Shown here in pieces: positions 43,891 through 55,577 of a DNA stretch of 64,000 nt; within the stretch, counting starts at the first letter, position 1; each line of letters begins with the position of its first letter. The notes below the pieces were generated by a model. That model was not told where the DNA came from and made no database searches. It was given only the letters and a program-made list of their open reading frames with translations. This DNA comes from Candidatus Cloacimonadales bacterium. GTDB lineage: Bacteria > Cloacimonadota > Cloacimonadia > Cloacimonadales > DAONDQ01. A program made the position numbers and the translations under genes. The stretch covers positions 2,496,001-2,560,000 of the forward strand of contig OY759316.1 in NCBI GenBank assembly GCA_963662275.1, read 5' to 3'.

Positions 43891-45540
43891 CTACCTTATC
43901 ACCGTTATCTTCTGTTTCTGCTGTGCTTCACCGCTGGTGAATACACACACATAAACCCCTGATGAAAGATCATTTAAATTGTAAGTCGCAGAACCTGATT
44001 TAGCTTGTTCTGCATTCATAGTAAACGACTTGACTTTCTGTCCCCGGATATTATAGATTTCGAAGGTAGAAGCTCCCCCCTTGGGAAGGGGGGTAGGGGG
44101 GGTAACCGTAAATCTGACATTAAGTTCAGAATTCCAAGACTGCAGCGGATTGGGATACAACTGCAGTTTGGAGATTGCTGGAGTATTTGTTTCATCAGCA
44201 TTGGGTGTTGGATCATCCAGTTGCGTGTTTCCGGCATAGACAAATACACGACCAGGTGTAGGAAAAGCTGCATAATCAAACGGTGCCGAAATGGCAGCAT
44301 CGCAGCAGCCGTCCCCATTGTAATCGCCCATGGTCAGGCAGAAGCCATACATGTCAGTTTCCACATCAAGATATGGTGGTGTCAAATGCAGATCGGGACC
44401 TCCGTTCATAGGAATGCCTCCTATCCACAGGTAGGCGTCTCCATAACCGCTAAACTGGGTAACATTGGTGCCCATCAGATCATCTGTGCCATTACCATTC
44501 ACATCGCCGTGACAAAAACCTTCACCGGCCGGATCACCGCTGTACGGAGGAGCAATGTTTACACAATTGGTTCCGTTAAAACCAGGACCTCCAAATATTA
44601 GTTTAGCATCTGAACCGGAGAAGGCACTCACGAAATCATCATGACCATCTCCATTTACATCACCTGCAGGATAAACACAGGTATTGAAATTTAATCCTTC
44701 ACAAATTACTAAGCTGTCATTATAAGCACTTGTTGAATCCCCATAATACAAAATTACTTTGGAATATCTTTCATTGTCATTATCAATGATATATTTGTAA
44801 CTTATGCAAAAATCATCTATCCCATCAGCATTTACATCACCTACACTGCAAATATTATCTTTATCCATTGAAGTACCTGCTTCCATGAAAACTGTATTAG
44901 TCATGCTTCCTCCATAAATAACTTCGAAGGTAATCGGAGGTCGGAAACCATTCCTTATCATAGCAAATCCAAGATCATCAAAACCATCATGATTTATATC
45001 CCCTAAACCACGTACAAAACCACCACCGTTATGCCATTCCTCCCTCGGGAAAGTGAGTATATAATCGGGAACAGTATCGGGATTCGCACCACCGTAAAAG
45101 ACGCAGAGCTGCAAGTCATAGAACTGATCTATATTCTCTTCATACATCGTCGCCCGAAACAATGCCAGGTCATCTATCCCATCACCATTCATATCGCCCG
45201 CATTGCACATGGAGGATGAAAGTCCATATTCTATCTCATGGTGACCGGTGATTTCCATTTCAGGCACATTATCAAAATTGGGACCGCCAAAATAAATGTA
45301 TAGTTTACCATATGGGTATGGTGGATAAGAAGGAGTATAACCTCTGGGATCCCAATTAGGTGAAGTTATAATTAAATCATCATTGCTATCTCCATTCCAG
45401 TCGAGAGTAGTCATGAGTCTGCCCATCGAAGAATGATCATGTTCCCCGGTCATGGTGGTCATAATATCCATGTGGTTCAAGGCAGGGAGAATGCTGGTGA
45501 AAAGAAGAACAGCTAAAACAGCTAAAATACCTTTATACAT
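43891..45540 (-). CDS. FG-GAP repeat protein (copy G, most divergent)
   Basis: FG-GAP blades and C-terminal domain with a palindrome-encoded TPPTPLPKGG segment. Confidence 0.9.
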   Translation of the reverse strand: MYKGILAVLAVLLFTSILPALNHMDIMTTMTGEHDHSSMGRLMTTLDWNGDSNDDLIITSPNWDPRGYTPSYPPYPYGKLYIYFGGPNFDNVPEMEITGHHEIEYGLSSSMCNAGDMNGDGIDDLALFRATMYEENIDQFYDLQLCVFYGGANPDTVPDYILTFPREEWHNGGGFVRGLGDINHDGFDDLGFAMIRNGFRPPITFEVIYGGSMTNTVFMEAGTSMDKDNICSVGDVNADGIDDFCISYKYIIDNDNERYSKVILYYGDSTSAYNDSLVICEGLNFNTCVYPAGDVNGDGHDDFVSAFSGSDAKLIFGGPGFNGTNCVNIAPPYSGDPAGEGFCHGDVNGNGTDDLMGTNVTQFSGYGDAYLWIGGIPMNGGPDLHLTPPYLDVETDMYGFCLTMGDYNGDGCCDAAISAPFDYAAFPTPGRVFVYAGNTQLDDPTPNADETNTPAISKLQLYPNPLQSWNSELNVRFTVTPPTPLPKGGASTFEIYNIRGQKVKSFTMNAEQAKSGSATYNLNDLSSGVYVCVFTSGEAQQKQKITVIR

Positions 45541-45912
45541 TGGTACTCCTTATTTCTACAACCCACAGAATATAAAATATAATATTCACACGTAATTTTC
45601 GTTCCATTGCTATTTTTATCCTGTATCTTGCCGGATAATATCTATTTTCTCTTAATCTATCACGTTTTTGTTAATTTCATTGTTGTTTCTGGGGCGCCAT
45701 CTATTTGATGGTGCTACGTACTCTTTTAGAGGACGTATTCTCTTCATTGGCATTTCAATAAAGAAAACACCGGATATCAGATAATGTTAAAACATTAAAA
45801 CGGCTGAAGCAGTTGATCTAACGACAGAAGATCATGTTAAAACATGATAACTGCTGAAGCAGTTGATCCAACGACTGAAGTTGTTGCTACGGAATACCCG
45901 TTGAAGTTGTTG

Positions 45913-47523
45913 CTACCGAATAAAAGAGATTTTTTTAACTTCTGCTCTGTTTCCTTGTTTTACTTGGCAGAGATAGACACCACTTGCCATTTTACTAATA
46001 TCCATACTGTAGGTATCCGATATCGCAGTTTTATCTGAGTGTATCTTTTGCATACATTGTCCCCTGATATTGTAAATGCTGATGTCTATTAGACTTTTAT
46101 CATTATTGGATACATTTCTGAGTTTGACAGAAATATAGCGATCAGTTATTCTTGCAGGATTAGGGCTGATGCTCATGTCGAATTGATTGGTAACAGGAGG
46201 AGTCAGAGGGTCATTAATACCAACTGTCGTATCCGCTAATTGCGTATTTCCAGCATAAACGTAAACATACCCCCGATAATCAGGTAAAAGCGTATTATCC
46301 GTAAAAGGAGCTGATATAGCAATATCACAGCAGTCATCACCATTGTAATCACCCATTGTTAAACCATACCCAAAATAATCCAATAGATTTGCAGGAATAT
46401 AAGGAGCATTAATTAGCAAATCCGAATCCCCATTAGGTTGTGCTCTTCCCAGCCAGATGCGAAATGCATTTTGATAATAATTTGTGCCGACAACATCATC
46501 AAAACCATCGTTATTCAAATCACCATATTTCAGACACTGCCCAAATTCGTCTCCTTGCCAAGCAGGATTTAATGCAAAATTCGGAATACTGTCAGTTTCA
46601 GTCGATCCCAACCAAACATTTAACCCTGCAATGGACTGATATCCCATGAAGTCAGCAAATCCGTCACCATTAAGATCTCCCAAAGGAGTGCTAATTTTGG
46701 ATATACCTGTCTGTGTCTGTGTCAATACCATTTGGTTATCAGATGAGCCTGTTGCATTACCAAAATAGATAGTTATGAGATGGTAACCTATATTGGGATC
46801 TTCATTCGTGTAACCGATAGCAAAATCATCGTATCCATCATGATTAATATCTCCAATACCGTTAAACCCAGTAGTATAAGAGTCACTAAAATCAGAGGAT
46901 GTGGTAATATACTGTCTTTCAAAACTATTACCCAACATAATATAAAATATCTCTGCTAAATTTGGCGTACCAATGCTGAACCCAATATCATCATAATTAT
47001 CCCCGTTAATATCACCTAAAGGAGTCACTTTGGCTACATAATAATTCGTTTCCAGAGTATAAGAAATCATGATATCCGGTTCAGTCGGAACAGTGTCACC
47101 ACCTGTATAAATTCTTAGATAGTGTTCAATGGGATTAGCAGTAGGTTCATCTCCATTAATGTATAAATCATCAAATCCATCACCGTTCACATCGCCGATG
47201 TTAACGACGGACTTATATTGAAAATCATACTGCCCTTCCATCGTGATATCAGGGACATTATCAAAGTCAGAACCTCCAAAATAGATATCCACTTTTCCTT
47301 TTGGCCAATCCATTGGTGCCGGATAAACGCTTTTCCATTCAGGCGAGCAGACAATCAAATCATCAAAACCATCATGATTAAAGTCCAAGGTTGCCATTGT
47401 ACTTCCAAAATATGATGTATTATGTGCACCCTGCATTGAGGTCATGATATCGAGGTGGTTTGTGGCAGCGAGAATTCCACAGAAAAGTAGGAAAGCGAAG
47501 ATGATGATAAATAATTTATTCAT
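45913..47523 (-). CDS. FG-GAP repeat protein (copy F)
   Basis: Start reassigned to MNKLF (AAGGAG RBS), as in its paralogs. Confidence 0.9.
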   Translation of the reverse strand: MNKLFIIIFAFLLFCGILAATNHLDIMTSMQGAHNTSYFGSTMATLDFNHDGFDDLIVCSPEWKSVYPAPMDWPKGKVDIYFGGSDFDNVPDITMEGQYDFQYKSVVNIGDVNGDGFDDLYINGDEPTANPIEHYLRIYTGGDTVPTEPDIMISYTLETNYYVAKVTPLGDINGDNYDDIGFSIGTPNLAEIFYIMLGNSFERQYITTSSDFSDSYTTGFNGIGDINHDGYDDFAIGYTNEDPNIGYHLITIYFGNATGSSDNQMVLTQTQTGISKISTPLGDLNGDGFADFMGYQSIAGLNVWLGSTETDSIPNFALNPAWQGDEFGQCLKYGDLNNDGFDDVVGTNYYQNAFRIWLGRAQPNGDSDLLINAPYIPANLLDYFGYGLTMGDYNGDDCCDIAISAPFTDNTLLPDYRGYVYVYAGNTQLADTTVGINDPLTPPVTNQFDMSISPNPARITDRYISVKLRNVSNNDKSLIDISIYNIRGQCMQKIHSDKTAISDTYSMDISKMASGVYLCQVKQGNRAEVKKISFIR

Positions 47524-47927
47524 TATAAACTCCTTATAAAATTGACATACACAGCTAACATCAGGAAGTTTTATCTCACTAACGGTGGCTGTTTCTTTCA
47601 GGTAACGTGTTAACATGGTTTACCTTGTTTCTATCTGTAATACAATGACCTAAAGAACATTACCCACAAGCTGAAGCAGTAACCACAAAGAAACTGCATT
47701 CTAAAATAAGCGCACAAAACCAGTATCACATATAAAATAATAACATTTCATTTCAAGTCAAGGATTGTTTTTCCAGAGTTGTTTCAATGAACTTTTACTC
47801 TCACGTTTACATTCTGTAACATTCTTCAGTATTGCATCATTTAAAATATGACCTATCCACCGATTAAAAATCAGCGTCGCGTTTGAAAAAAGAATACTTT
47901 CCAGAGGATAAACACATGGGTTTATCC
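47524..47927 (-). repeat. Conserved ~400-bp spacer (REP + IS-like end + promoter + leader)
   Basis: Near-identical to 49539-49943, 51555-51957, 53566-53966 and 55578-55980. Confidence 0.95.
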
Positions 47928-49538
47928 CTACTTTACCAACGATATTTTTTTTGTTTTAACCCGATTACCTGATTTTACCTGGCAGAGATAGACACCGCTT
48001 GCCATTTTACTGATATCCACCATGTAAGCATTTGATACTGTGGCTTTATCTGAGTGTATCTTTTGCACACATTGACCCCTGATATTATAAATGCTGATAT
48101 CAATTGTACTTTTATCATTATTTGATACATTCCCGAGTTTGACAGAAATATAGCGATCACTTATTTTTGCAGGATTAGGGCTGATGCTCATGTCGAATTG
48201 ATTGGTAAGAGGCGGACTGAGAGGGTCAATAATACCAACTGTTGTGTCTGCTAATTGTGTATTTCCGGCATAGACATAAACATAGCCCCGGTAATCATGT
48301 GCCATAGAATCATCAGTAAATGGGGCAGATACGGCAATATCACAGCAGTCATCCCCGTTGTAATCTCCCATTGTAAGACGGTAACCGAAGTAATCCAATG
48401 GATTTTCAGGAATATAGGGTGCTGTTACGAAAAGATCGGAATCTCCGTTCACTTGTGCTCTTCCCATCCAGATTTGGAATTGATTACTATAAAAATTAGA
48501 ACCAACCACATCGTCAAAGCCATCGTTATTCAAATCTCCAAATTTTAAACATTGTCCGAATTCCCCTCCCTGCCAGGGTGGATTTAAAGCAAAATTCGGT
48601 AATGTATCAGATTCAGTCGAACCCAGCCAGACATTTAACCCCGTCATGGACTGATATCCCATGAAATCATCAATACCGTCACCATTAATATCTCCCAAGG
48701 GAGTACTAATCTTGGATATACCTGCTTGAGTTTGAGTTAGAACCAAATTGTTGGTAAGGATACCATCTGCATTTCCATAATAGATTGTAATTAGATGATA
48801 GCCTATATTTGGGTCTTCATTTGTATAACCGATAGAAAAATCATCATAGCCATCATTATTAATATCTCCTATTCCATTAAAACCAGTTGTATAAGAATCA
48901 CTATAATCAGAGGATGTAGTAACATACTGTCTTTCTAAATCATTACCCCTTATAATGTAAAATATTTCTGCCAAATTTGGAGTACCGATACTGAAACCAA
49001 TTTCATCATAATTATCTCCGTTAATATCTCCTAAAGGAGCCACTTTGGCTACATAATAATTCGTTTCCAGAGTATATGGAATCATAATATCCGGTTGTGT
49101 TGGAGCAGTATTCCCACCAGTATAGATTCTTAGATAATATGTACTTGGACTAGCGGTCGGTTCATCTCCATTAATGTATAAATCATCAAATCCATCACCG
49201 TTCACATCGCCGATGTTAACGACGGACTTACATTGAAAATCATACTGCCCTTCCATGGTAATATCCGGGATGTTATTAAAATTAGGTCCTCCAAAATAGA
49301 TATCAACTTTGCCTTTTTGATTATCAAAAGGAGCAGGATATGTACTTTTCCATCCCCTGGAACATACAACCAGATCATCATACTCGTCATGATTAAAATC
49401 CAGCGTTGCCATTGTCTCTCCAAAAGAGGCATGATTGTGCGAACCTTGCATTGAGGTCATAATATCAAGGTGGTTTGTGGCGGAGAGAATTCCAAAGAAA
49501 AGTAGGAAAGCTAAGAGCATGATAAATAATTTATTCAT
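47928..49538 (-). CDS. FG-GAP repeat protein (copy E)
   Basis: Same architecture. Confidence 0.9.
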   Translation of the reverse strand: MNKLFIMLLAFLLFFGILSATNHLDIMTSMQGSHNHASFGETMATLDFNHDEYDDLVVCSRGWKSTYPAPFDNQKGKVDIYFGGPNFNNIPDITMEGQYDFQCKSVVNIGDVNGDGFDDLYINGDEPTASPSTYYLRIYTGGNTAPTQPDIMIPYTLETNYYVAKVAPLGDINGDNYDEIGFSIGTPNLAEIFYIIRGNDLERQYVTTSSDYSDSYTTGFNGIGDINNDGYDDFSIGYTNEDPNIGYHLITIYYGNADGILTNNLVLTQTQAGISKISTPLGDINGDGIDDFMGYQSMTGLNVWLGSTESDTLPNFALNPPWQGGEFGQCLKFGDLNNDGFDDVVGSNFYSNQFQIWMGRAQVNGDSDLFVTAPYIPENPLDYFGYRLTMGDYNGDDCCDIAVSAPFTDDSMAHDYRGYVYVYAGNTQLADTTVGIIDPLSPPLTNQFDMSISPNPAKISDRYISVKLGNVSNNDKSTIDISIYNIRGQCVQKIHSDKATVSNAYMVDISKMASGVYLCQVKSGNRVKTKKISLVK

Positions 49539-49943
49539 TATAAACTCCTTATAAAATTGACATACACAACTTACTTCAGGAATTTTATCTCTCTAATGGT
49601 GGCTGTTTCCTTCAGGTAGCGTGTTAACATGGTTTACCTTGTTTCTATCTGTAATACAATGACCTAAAGAACATTACCCACAAGCTGAAGCAGTAACCAC
49701 AAAGAAACTGCATTCTAAAGTAAGTGCACAAAACCAGTATCACATATAAAATAATAACATTTCATTTCAAGTCAAGGATTGTTTTTCCAGAGTTGTTTCA
49801 ATGAACTTTTACTCTCACGTTTATAGTCTGTAACATTCTTCAGTATTGCATCATTTAAAATATGACCTATCCACCGATTAAAAATCAGCGTTGCATTTCA
49901 AAAAAAAGCATACTTTCCAGAGGATAAACACATGGGTTTATCC
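49539..49943 (-). repeat. Conserved ~400-bp spacer
   Basis: Near-identical copy. Confidence 0.95.
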
Positions 49944-51554
49944 CTACTTTACCAACGATATTTTTTTTGTTTTAACCCGATTACCTGATATTACCTGGCA
50001 GAGATAGACACCACTTGCCATTTTGCTGATATCCAGCATGAATGTATCAGATGTTTTGTTTTTATTTAAGTGTGTTTGCTGCACACATTGTCCCCTGATA
50101 TTAAAAATGCTTATATCGATTGGATTTTTTTCACCGGCTGAATTGTCTTGCAGTTTAATTGCAATATATCGGTCATTAATCCTCACAGGATTAGGGCTGA
50201 TACTCATGGTAATTTGATTTGTAACTTTTGGACTTAGCGGATCATTAATTCCGACTGTAGTATCAGCTAATTCTGTATTCCCTGCATACACATACACATA
50301 CCCGCGATAATCGGTGGCAAATTCGTAATCCGTTTCCGGTGCAGAAATGGCAATATCACAGCATCCATCTGCATTGTAATCCCCCATAGTTAATCCATAT
50401 CCAAAATAGTCCAATGGGTTAGCGGAAATATATGGGGCTGTAATCAATAAATCAGAAATGCCATTGACCTGTGCTCTCCCCAGCCAGACTTGGAATTGAT
50501 TTGAATAGAAATTAGCACCTGCAATATCATCAAAGCCATCGTTATTTAAATCACCATATTTCAGTGAAAAGCCATCTTCCCCTCCCTGCCAGGGAGGATT
50601 CAATGCAAAATTTGGTATGGAATCAGTATCAGTTGCTCCAAACCAGACATTCAAACCGGCTATGGATTGATAACCCATAAAATCATCTAAGCCATCACCA
50701 TTAATATCTCCCAACGGTGTACTTATTTTTGAAATACCAGCTTGAGTCTGTGTCAAAATCATATAATTGTTAAAATTACTTTCTGCATTTCCAAAATATA
50801 AAGTAATGAGGTGATAACCTATATTAGGATCTTCGTTTGTATAACCGATAGCGAAATCGTCATAACCATCATGATTAATATCCCCTATCCCATTAAAACC
50901 ATTTGAATAAGATGCACTAAAATCAGAGGAAGTGGTAATATACTGTCTTTCTAAACTATTACCCCACAAAATATAAAAAATCTCTGCTAAATTTGGCGTA
51001 CAAATGCTGAACCCAATATCACCATAATTATCCCCATTAATATCACCTAAATTGACAACATGATAAAGATCATATTCGGCTTCTAAAGTATACGGAATCA
51101 AGATATCCGGTTCTGCAGGAGCTATACTACTACCTGTATATATTCTCAAATAGTATATACTTGGATTTGACTCCGGTTCATCACCACCGATGCATAAATC
51201 ATCATAGCCATCGCCGTTGAGATCTCCGATATTGACAACACTATGATATTGATCAGCATATTGCCCAAGCAAAGAGATTTCTGCAACATTATCAAAACCC
51301 AGTCCACCAAAATAGATATCCACTCTACCTTTATTATATGAAGGGGGGGTTGGATATGGATTTCTCCAAGCAGGGGAACAGACAATAAGATCGTCATGAC
51401 CATCATGATTAAAATCAAGGGTAGCCATCGTTTCTCCAAAAGAGGCATGATTGTGCGAACCTTGCATTGATGTCATAATATCAAGATGGTTTGTGGCGGA
51501 GAGAATTCCAAAGAAAAGTAGGAAAGCTAAGAGCATGATAAATAATTTATTCAT
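49944..51554 (-). CDS. FG-GAP repeat protein (copy D)
   Basis: Core nearly identical to copy B. Confidence 0.9.
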   Translation of the reverse strand: MNKLFIMLLAFLLFFGILSATNHLDIMTSMQGSHNHASFGETMATLDFNHDGHDDLIVCSPAWRNPYPTPPSYNKGRVDIYFGGLGFDNVAEISLLGQYADQYHSVVNIGDLNGDGYDDLCIGGDEPESNPSIYYLRIYTGSSIAPAEPDILIPYTLEAEYDLYHVVNLGDINGDNYGDIGFSICTPNLAEIFYILWGNSLERQYITTSSDFSASYSNGFNGIGDINHDGYDDFAIGYTNEDPNIGYHLITLYFGNAESNFNNYMILTQTQAGISKISTPLGDINGDGLDDFMGYQSIAGLNVWFGATDTDSIPNFALNPPWQGGEDGFSLKYGDLNNDGFDDIAGANFYSNQFQVWLGRAQVNGISDLLITAPYISANPLDYFGYGLTMGDYNADGCCDIAISAPETDYEFATDYRGYVYVYAGNTELADTTVGINDPLSPKVTNQITMSISPNPVRINDRYIAIKLQDNSAGEKNPIDISIFNIRGQCVQQTHLNKNKTSDTFMLDISKMASGVYLCQVISGNRVKTKKISLVK

Positions 51555-51957
51555 TATAAACTCCTTATAAAATTGACATACACAACTTACTTCAGGAATT
51601 TTATCTCTCTAATGGTGGCTGTTTCCTTCAGGTAGCGTATTAACATGGTTTACCTTGTTTCTATCTGTAATACAATGACCTAAAGAACATTACCCACAAG
51701 CGAAAGCAGTAACCACAAAGAAACGGCATTCTAAAGTAAGCGCACAAAACCAGTATCACATATAAAATAATAACATTTCATTTCAAGTCAAGGATTGTTT
51801 TTCCAGAGTTGTTTCAATGAACTTTTACTCTCACGATTATAGTCTGTAACATTCTTCAGTATTGCATCATTTAAAATATGACCTATCCACCGATTAAAAA
51901 TCAGCGTCGCGTTTGAAAAAAGAATACTTTCCAGAGGATAAACACATGGGTTTATCC
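51555..51957 (-). repeat. Conserved ~400-bp spacer
   Basis: Near-identical copy. Confidence 0.95.
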
Positions 51958-53565
51958 CTACTTAACTAATGAGATTTTTTTGATTTTTACCCTATTACCT
52001 TTTGTTAATTGACATAGATAGATGCCACTTGCTATTTTATGAATATCAAGAGAGTATGTATCTGTTATGTTATTTTTATCGAAGTGTGCTTGCTGCACAC
52101 ATTGTCCCCTAATGTTATAAATTCTGATGTCAATTGGGCTTTTATCAGTACCTTGATTAGTCAGTTTGATGTTAATATTGCGATCGTTTGAATTCACCGG
52201 ATTAGGACTGATGCTGATATTAAACTGGCTAGATATAGGCGGTGTTAAAGGATCATTAATTCCTACTGTAGTGTCTGCCAATTCAGTATTTCCAGCATAA
52301 ACGTAAACATACCCCCGATAATCAGGTAAAAGCGTATTATCCGTAAAAGGTGCTGATACGGCAATATCACAGCAGTCATCCCCATTATAATCACCCATCG
52401 TTAAACCATACCCAAAATAATCCAACAGATTTGCAGGAATATAAGGTGCTGTTACTGATAAATCCGAATCACCATTAGGATGAGTTCTTCCTAACCAGAT
52501 TCTGAATGCATTCTCATAAAAATTTGTACCAACAACATCATCAAAACCATCATTATTCAAATCACCATATTTCAGAGAAAATCCGAATTCACTACCTTGC
52601 CAAGGGGGATTAAAAAAAAGATCAGGAATAAGATTTGTTTGCTGTGAACCTAACCAGATACATAACCCATCATTTGACTCATACCCCATAAAATCATCTA
52701 ACCCATCTCCGTTGATATCCCCAATTGGAGTACTGGTCTTTGTTATTGGTGCCTGGGTATGGGCTAAATTAACGGTATTAGTTAATTCACTTTCCTCATT
52801 TCCAAAGTAAATAATTATCAAATGATAGCCGGTATTAGGATCAGCATTTGTATAGCCTATTGAAAAATCATCATATCCATCACCATTGATATCTCCAACA
52901 CCGCTAATATTATAAGTATATGACGAAGCATGAGCACTAGAAATAGTGATCAACTCAGTTTCAAAACTTCCTCCCCATATAATATAATATGCTTCACATG
53001 TAGAAAAAATATCAGTACTAAATCCTATCTCATCAATATGATCGCCATTAAAATCCCCTAATTTGGTTACCCACGTTAAATTATTACCTGATGCCAATGG
53101 ATATGAAATCATAATATCCGGTTCAGTAGGAACAGTGTCACCACCTGTATAAATCCTCAAATAATACGCAGTCGGATTTGATGTAGGCTCATCGCCACCG
53201 ATATATAAATCATCATATCCATCACCATTCACATCACCTACATTAACGACAGACTTATACTGGAAATCATACTGTCCTAACATTGTAATATCCGGGATGT
53301 TATCAAAGTTTGTTCCACCAAAATAGATATCCACTCTTCCTTTGGGCCAATTCACAGGATCAGGATAAAGACTTTTCCATTCCGGAGAGCAGACAATCAA
53401 GTCATCAAATCCATCATGATTAAAATCCAAAGTTGCCATCGTTGCGCCAAAATATGAATTATTATGGGCACCTTGCATGGAGGTCATGATATCCATGTGG
53501 TTCAAGGCAGGGAGAATTCGAGAGAAAAGTAGGAAAGCGAAGATGATGATAAATAATTTATTCAT
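51958..53565 (-). CDS. FG-GAP repeat protein (copy C)
   Basis: Same architecture; tail identical to copy B. Confidence 0.9.
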   Translation of the reverse strand: MNKLFIIIFAFLLFSRILPALNHMDIMTSMQGAHNNSYFGATMATLDFNHDGFDDLIVCSPEWKSLYPDPVNWPKGRVDIYFGGTNFDNIPDITMLGQYDFQYKSVVNVGDVNGDGYDDLYIGGDEPTSNPTAYYLRIYTGGDTVPTEPDIMISYPLASGNNLTWVTKLGDFNGDHIDEIGFSTDIFSTCEAYYIIWGGSFETELITISSAHASSYTYNISGVGDINGDGYDDFSIGYTNADPNTGYHLIIIYFGNEESELTNTVNLAHTQAPITKTSTPIGDINGDGLDDFMGYESNDGLCIWLGSQQTNLIPDLFFNPPWQGSEFGFSLKYGDLNNDGFDDVVGTNFYENAFRIWLGRTHPNGDSDLSVTAPYIPANLLDYFGYGLTMGDYNGDDCCDIAVSAPFTDNTLLPDYRGYVYVYAGNTELADTTVGINDPLTPPISSQFNISISPNPVNSNDRNINIKLTNQGTDKSPIDIRIYNIRGQCVQQAHFDKNNITDTYSLDIHKIASGIYLCQLTKGNRVKIKKISLVK

Positions 53566-53966
53566 TATATACTCCTTATAAAATTGACATACACAACTTA
53601 CTTCAGGAATTTTATCTCTCTAATGGTGGCTGTTTCCTTCAGGTAACGTGTTAACATGGTTTACCTTGTTTCTATCTGTAATACAATGACCTAAAGAACA
53701 TTACCCACAAGCTGAAGCAGTAACCACAAAGAAACTGCATTCTAAAGTAAGCGCACAAAACCAGTATCACATATAAAATAATAACATTTCATTTCAAGTC
53801 AAGGATTGTTTTCCAGGATTTTTTAATGAACTTTTACTCTCACGTTTATAGTCTGCAACATTCTTCAGTATTGCATCATTTAAAATATGACCTATCCACC
53901 GATTAAAAATCAGCGTCGCGTTTGAAAAAAGAATACTTTCCAGAGGATAAACACATGGGTTTATCC
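53566..53966 (-). repeat. Conserved ~400-bp spacer
   Basis: Near-identical copy. Confidence 0.95.
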
Positions 53967-55577
53967 CTACTTAACTAATGAGATTTTTTTGATTTTTACC
54001 CTATTACCTTTTGTTAATTGACATAGATAGATGCCACTTGCTATTTTATGAATATCAAGAGAGTATGTATCTGTTATGTTATTTTTATCGAAGTGTGCTT
54101 GCTGCACACATTGTCCCCTAATATTAAAAATGCTGATGTCGATTGGATTTTTTTCACCGGCTGAATTATCTTGCAGTTTAATTGCAATATATCGGTCATT
54201 AATCCTCACAGGATTAGGGCTGATACTCATGGTAATTTGATTTGTAGCAGTCGGACTTAGCGGATCATCAATACCAACTGTAGTGTCTGCTAATTCTGTA
54301 TTACCGGCATACACATAAACATACCCGCGATAATCGGTGGCAAATTCGTAATCCGTTTCCGGTGCAGAAATGGCAATATCACAGCATCCATCTGCATTGT
54401 AATCCCCCATAGTTAATCCATATCCAAAATAGTCCAATGGGTTAGCGGAAATATATGGGGCTGTAATCAATAAATCAGAAATGCCATTGACCTGTGCTCT
54501 CCCCAGCCAGACTTGGAATTGATTTGAATAGAAATTAGCACCTGCAATATCATCAAAGCCATCGTTATTTAAATCACCATATTTCAGTGAAAAGCCATCT
54601 TCCCCTCCCTGCCAGGGAGGATTCAATGCAAAATTTGGTATGGAATCAGTATCAGTTGCTCCAAACCAGACATTCAAACCGGCTATGGATTGATAACCCA
54701 TAAAATCATCTAAGCCATCACCATTAATATCTCCCAACGGTGTACTTATTTTTGAAATACAAGCTTGAGTCTGTGTCAAAATCATATAATTGTTAAAATT
54801 ACTTTCTGCATTTCCAAAATATAAAGTTATGAGGTGATAACCTATATTAGGATCTTCGTTTGTATAACCGATAGCGAAATCGTCATAACCATCATGATTA
54901 ATATCCCCTATCCCATTAAAACCATTTGAATAAGATGCACTAAAATCAGAGGAAGTGGTAATATACTGTCTTTCTAAACTATTACCCCACAAAATATAAA
55001 AAATCTCTGCTAAATTTGGCGTACAAATGCTGAACCCAATATCACCATAATTATCCCCATTAATATCACCTAAATTGACAACATGATAAAGATCATGCTC
55101 GGCTTCTAAAGTATACGGAATCAAGATATCCGGTTCTGCAGGAGCTATACTACTACCTGTATATATTCTCAAATAGTATGTACTTGGATTTGACTCCGGT
55201 TCATCACCACCGATGCATAAATCATCATAGCCATCGCCGTTGAGATCTCCGATATTGACAACACTATGATATTGATCAGCATATTGCCCAAGCAAAGAAA
55301 TTTCTGCAACATTATCAAAACCCAGTCCACCAAAATAGATATCCACTCTACCTTTATTATATGAAGGGGGGGTTGGATATGGATTTCTCCAAGCAGGGGA
55401 ACAGACAATAAGATCGTCATGACCATCATGATTAAAATCAAGGGTAGCCATCGTTTTACCAAATCTAGAATTATGATGTTCACCCTGCATTGTGGTCATG
55501 ATATCGAGGTGGTTAGTGGCGGAGAGAATTCCAAAGAAAAGTAGGAAAGCTAAGAGGACGATAAATAATTTATTCAT
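53967..55577 (-). CDS. FG-GAP repeat protein (copy B)
   Basis: Start reassigned to MNKLF (AAGGAG RBS). Confidence 0.9.
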   Translation of the reverse strand: MNKLFIVLLAFLLFFGILSATNHLDIMTTMQGEHHNSRFGKTMATLDFNHDGHDDLIVCSPAWRNPYPTPPSYNKGRVDIYFGGLGFDNVAEISLLGQYADQYHSVVNIGDLNGDGYDDLCIGGDEPESNPSTYYLRIYTGSSIAPAEPDILIPYTLEAEHDLYHVVNLGDINGDNYGDIGFSICTPNLAEIFYILWGNSLERQYITTSSDFSASYSNGFNGIGDINHDGYDDFAIGYTNEDPNIGYHLITLYFGNAESNFNNYMILTQTQACISKISTPLGDINGDGLDDFMGYQSIAGLNVWFGATDTDSIPNFALNPPWQGGEDGFSLKYGDLNNDGFDDIAGANFYSNQFQVWLGRAQVNGISDLLITAPYISANPLDYFGYGLTMGDYNADGCCDIAISAPETDYEFATDYRGYVYVYAGNTELADTTVGIDDPLSPTATNQITMSISPNPVRINDRYIAIKLQDNSAGEKNPIDISIFNIRGQCVQQAHFDKNNITDTYSLDIHKIASGIYLCQLTKGNRVKIKKISLVK

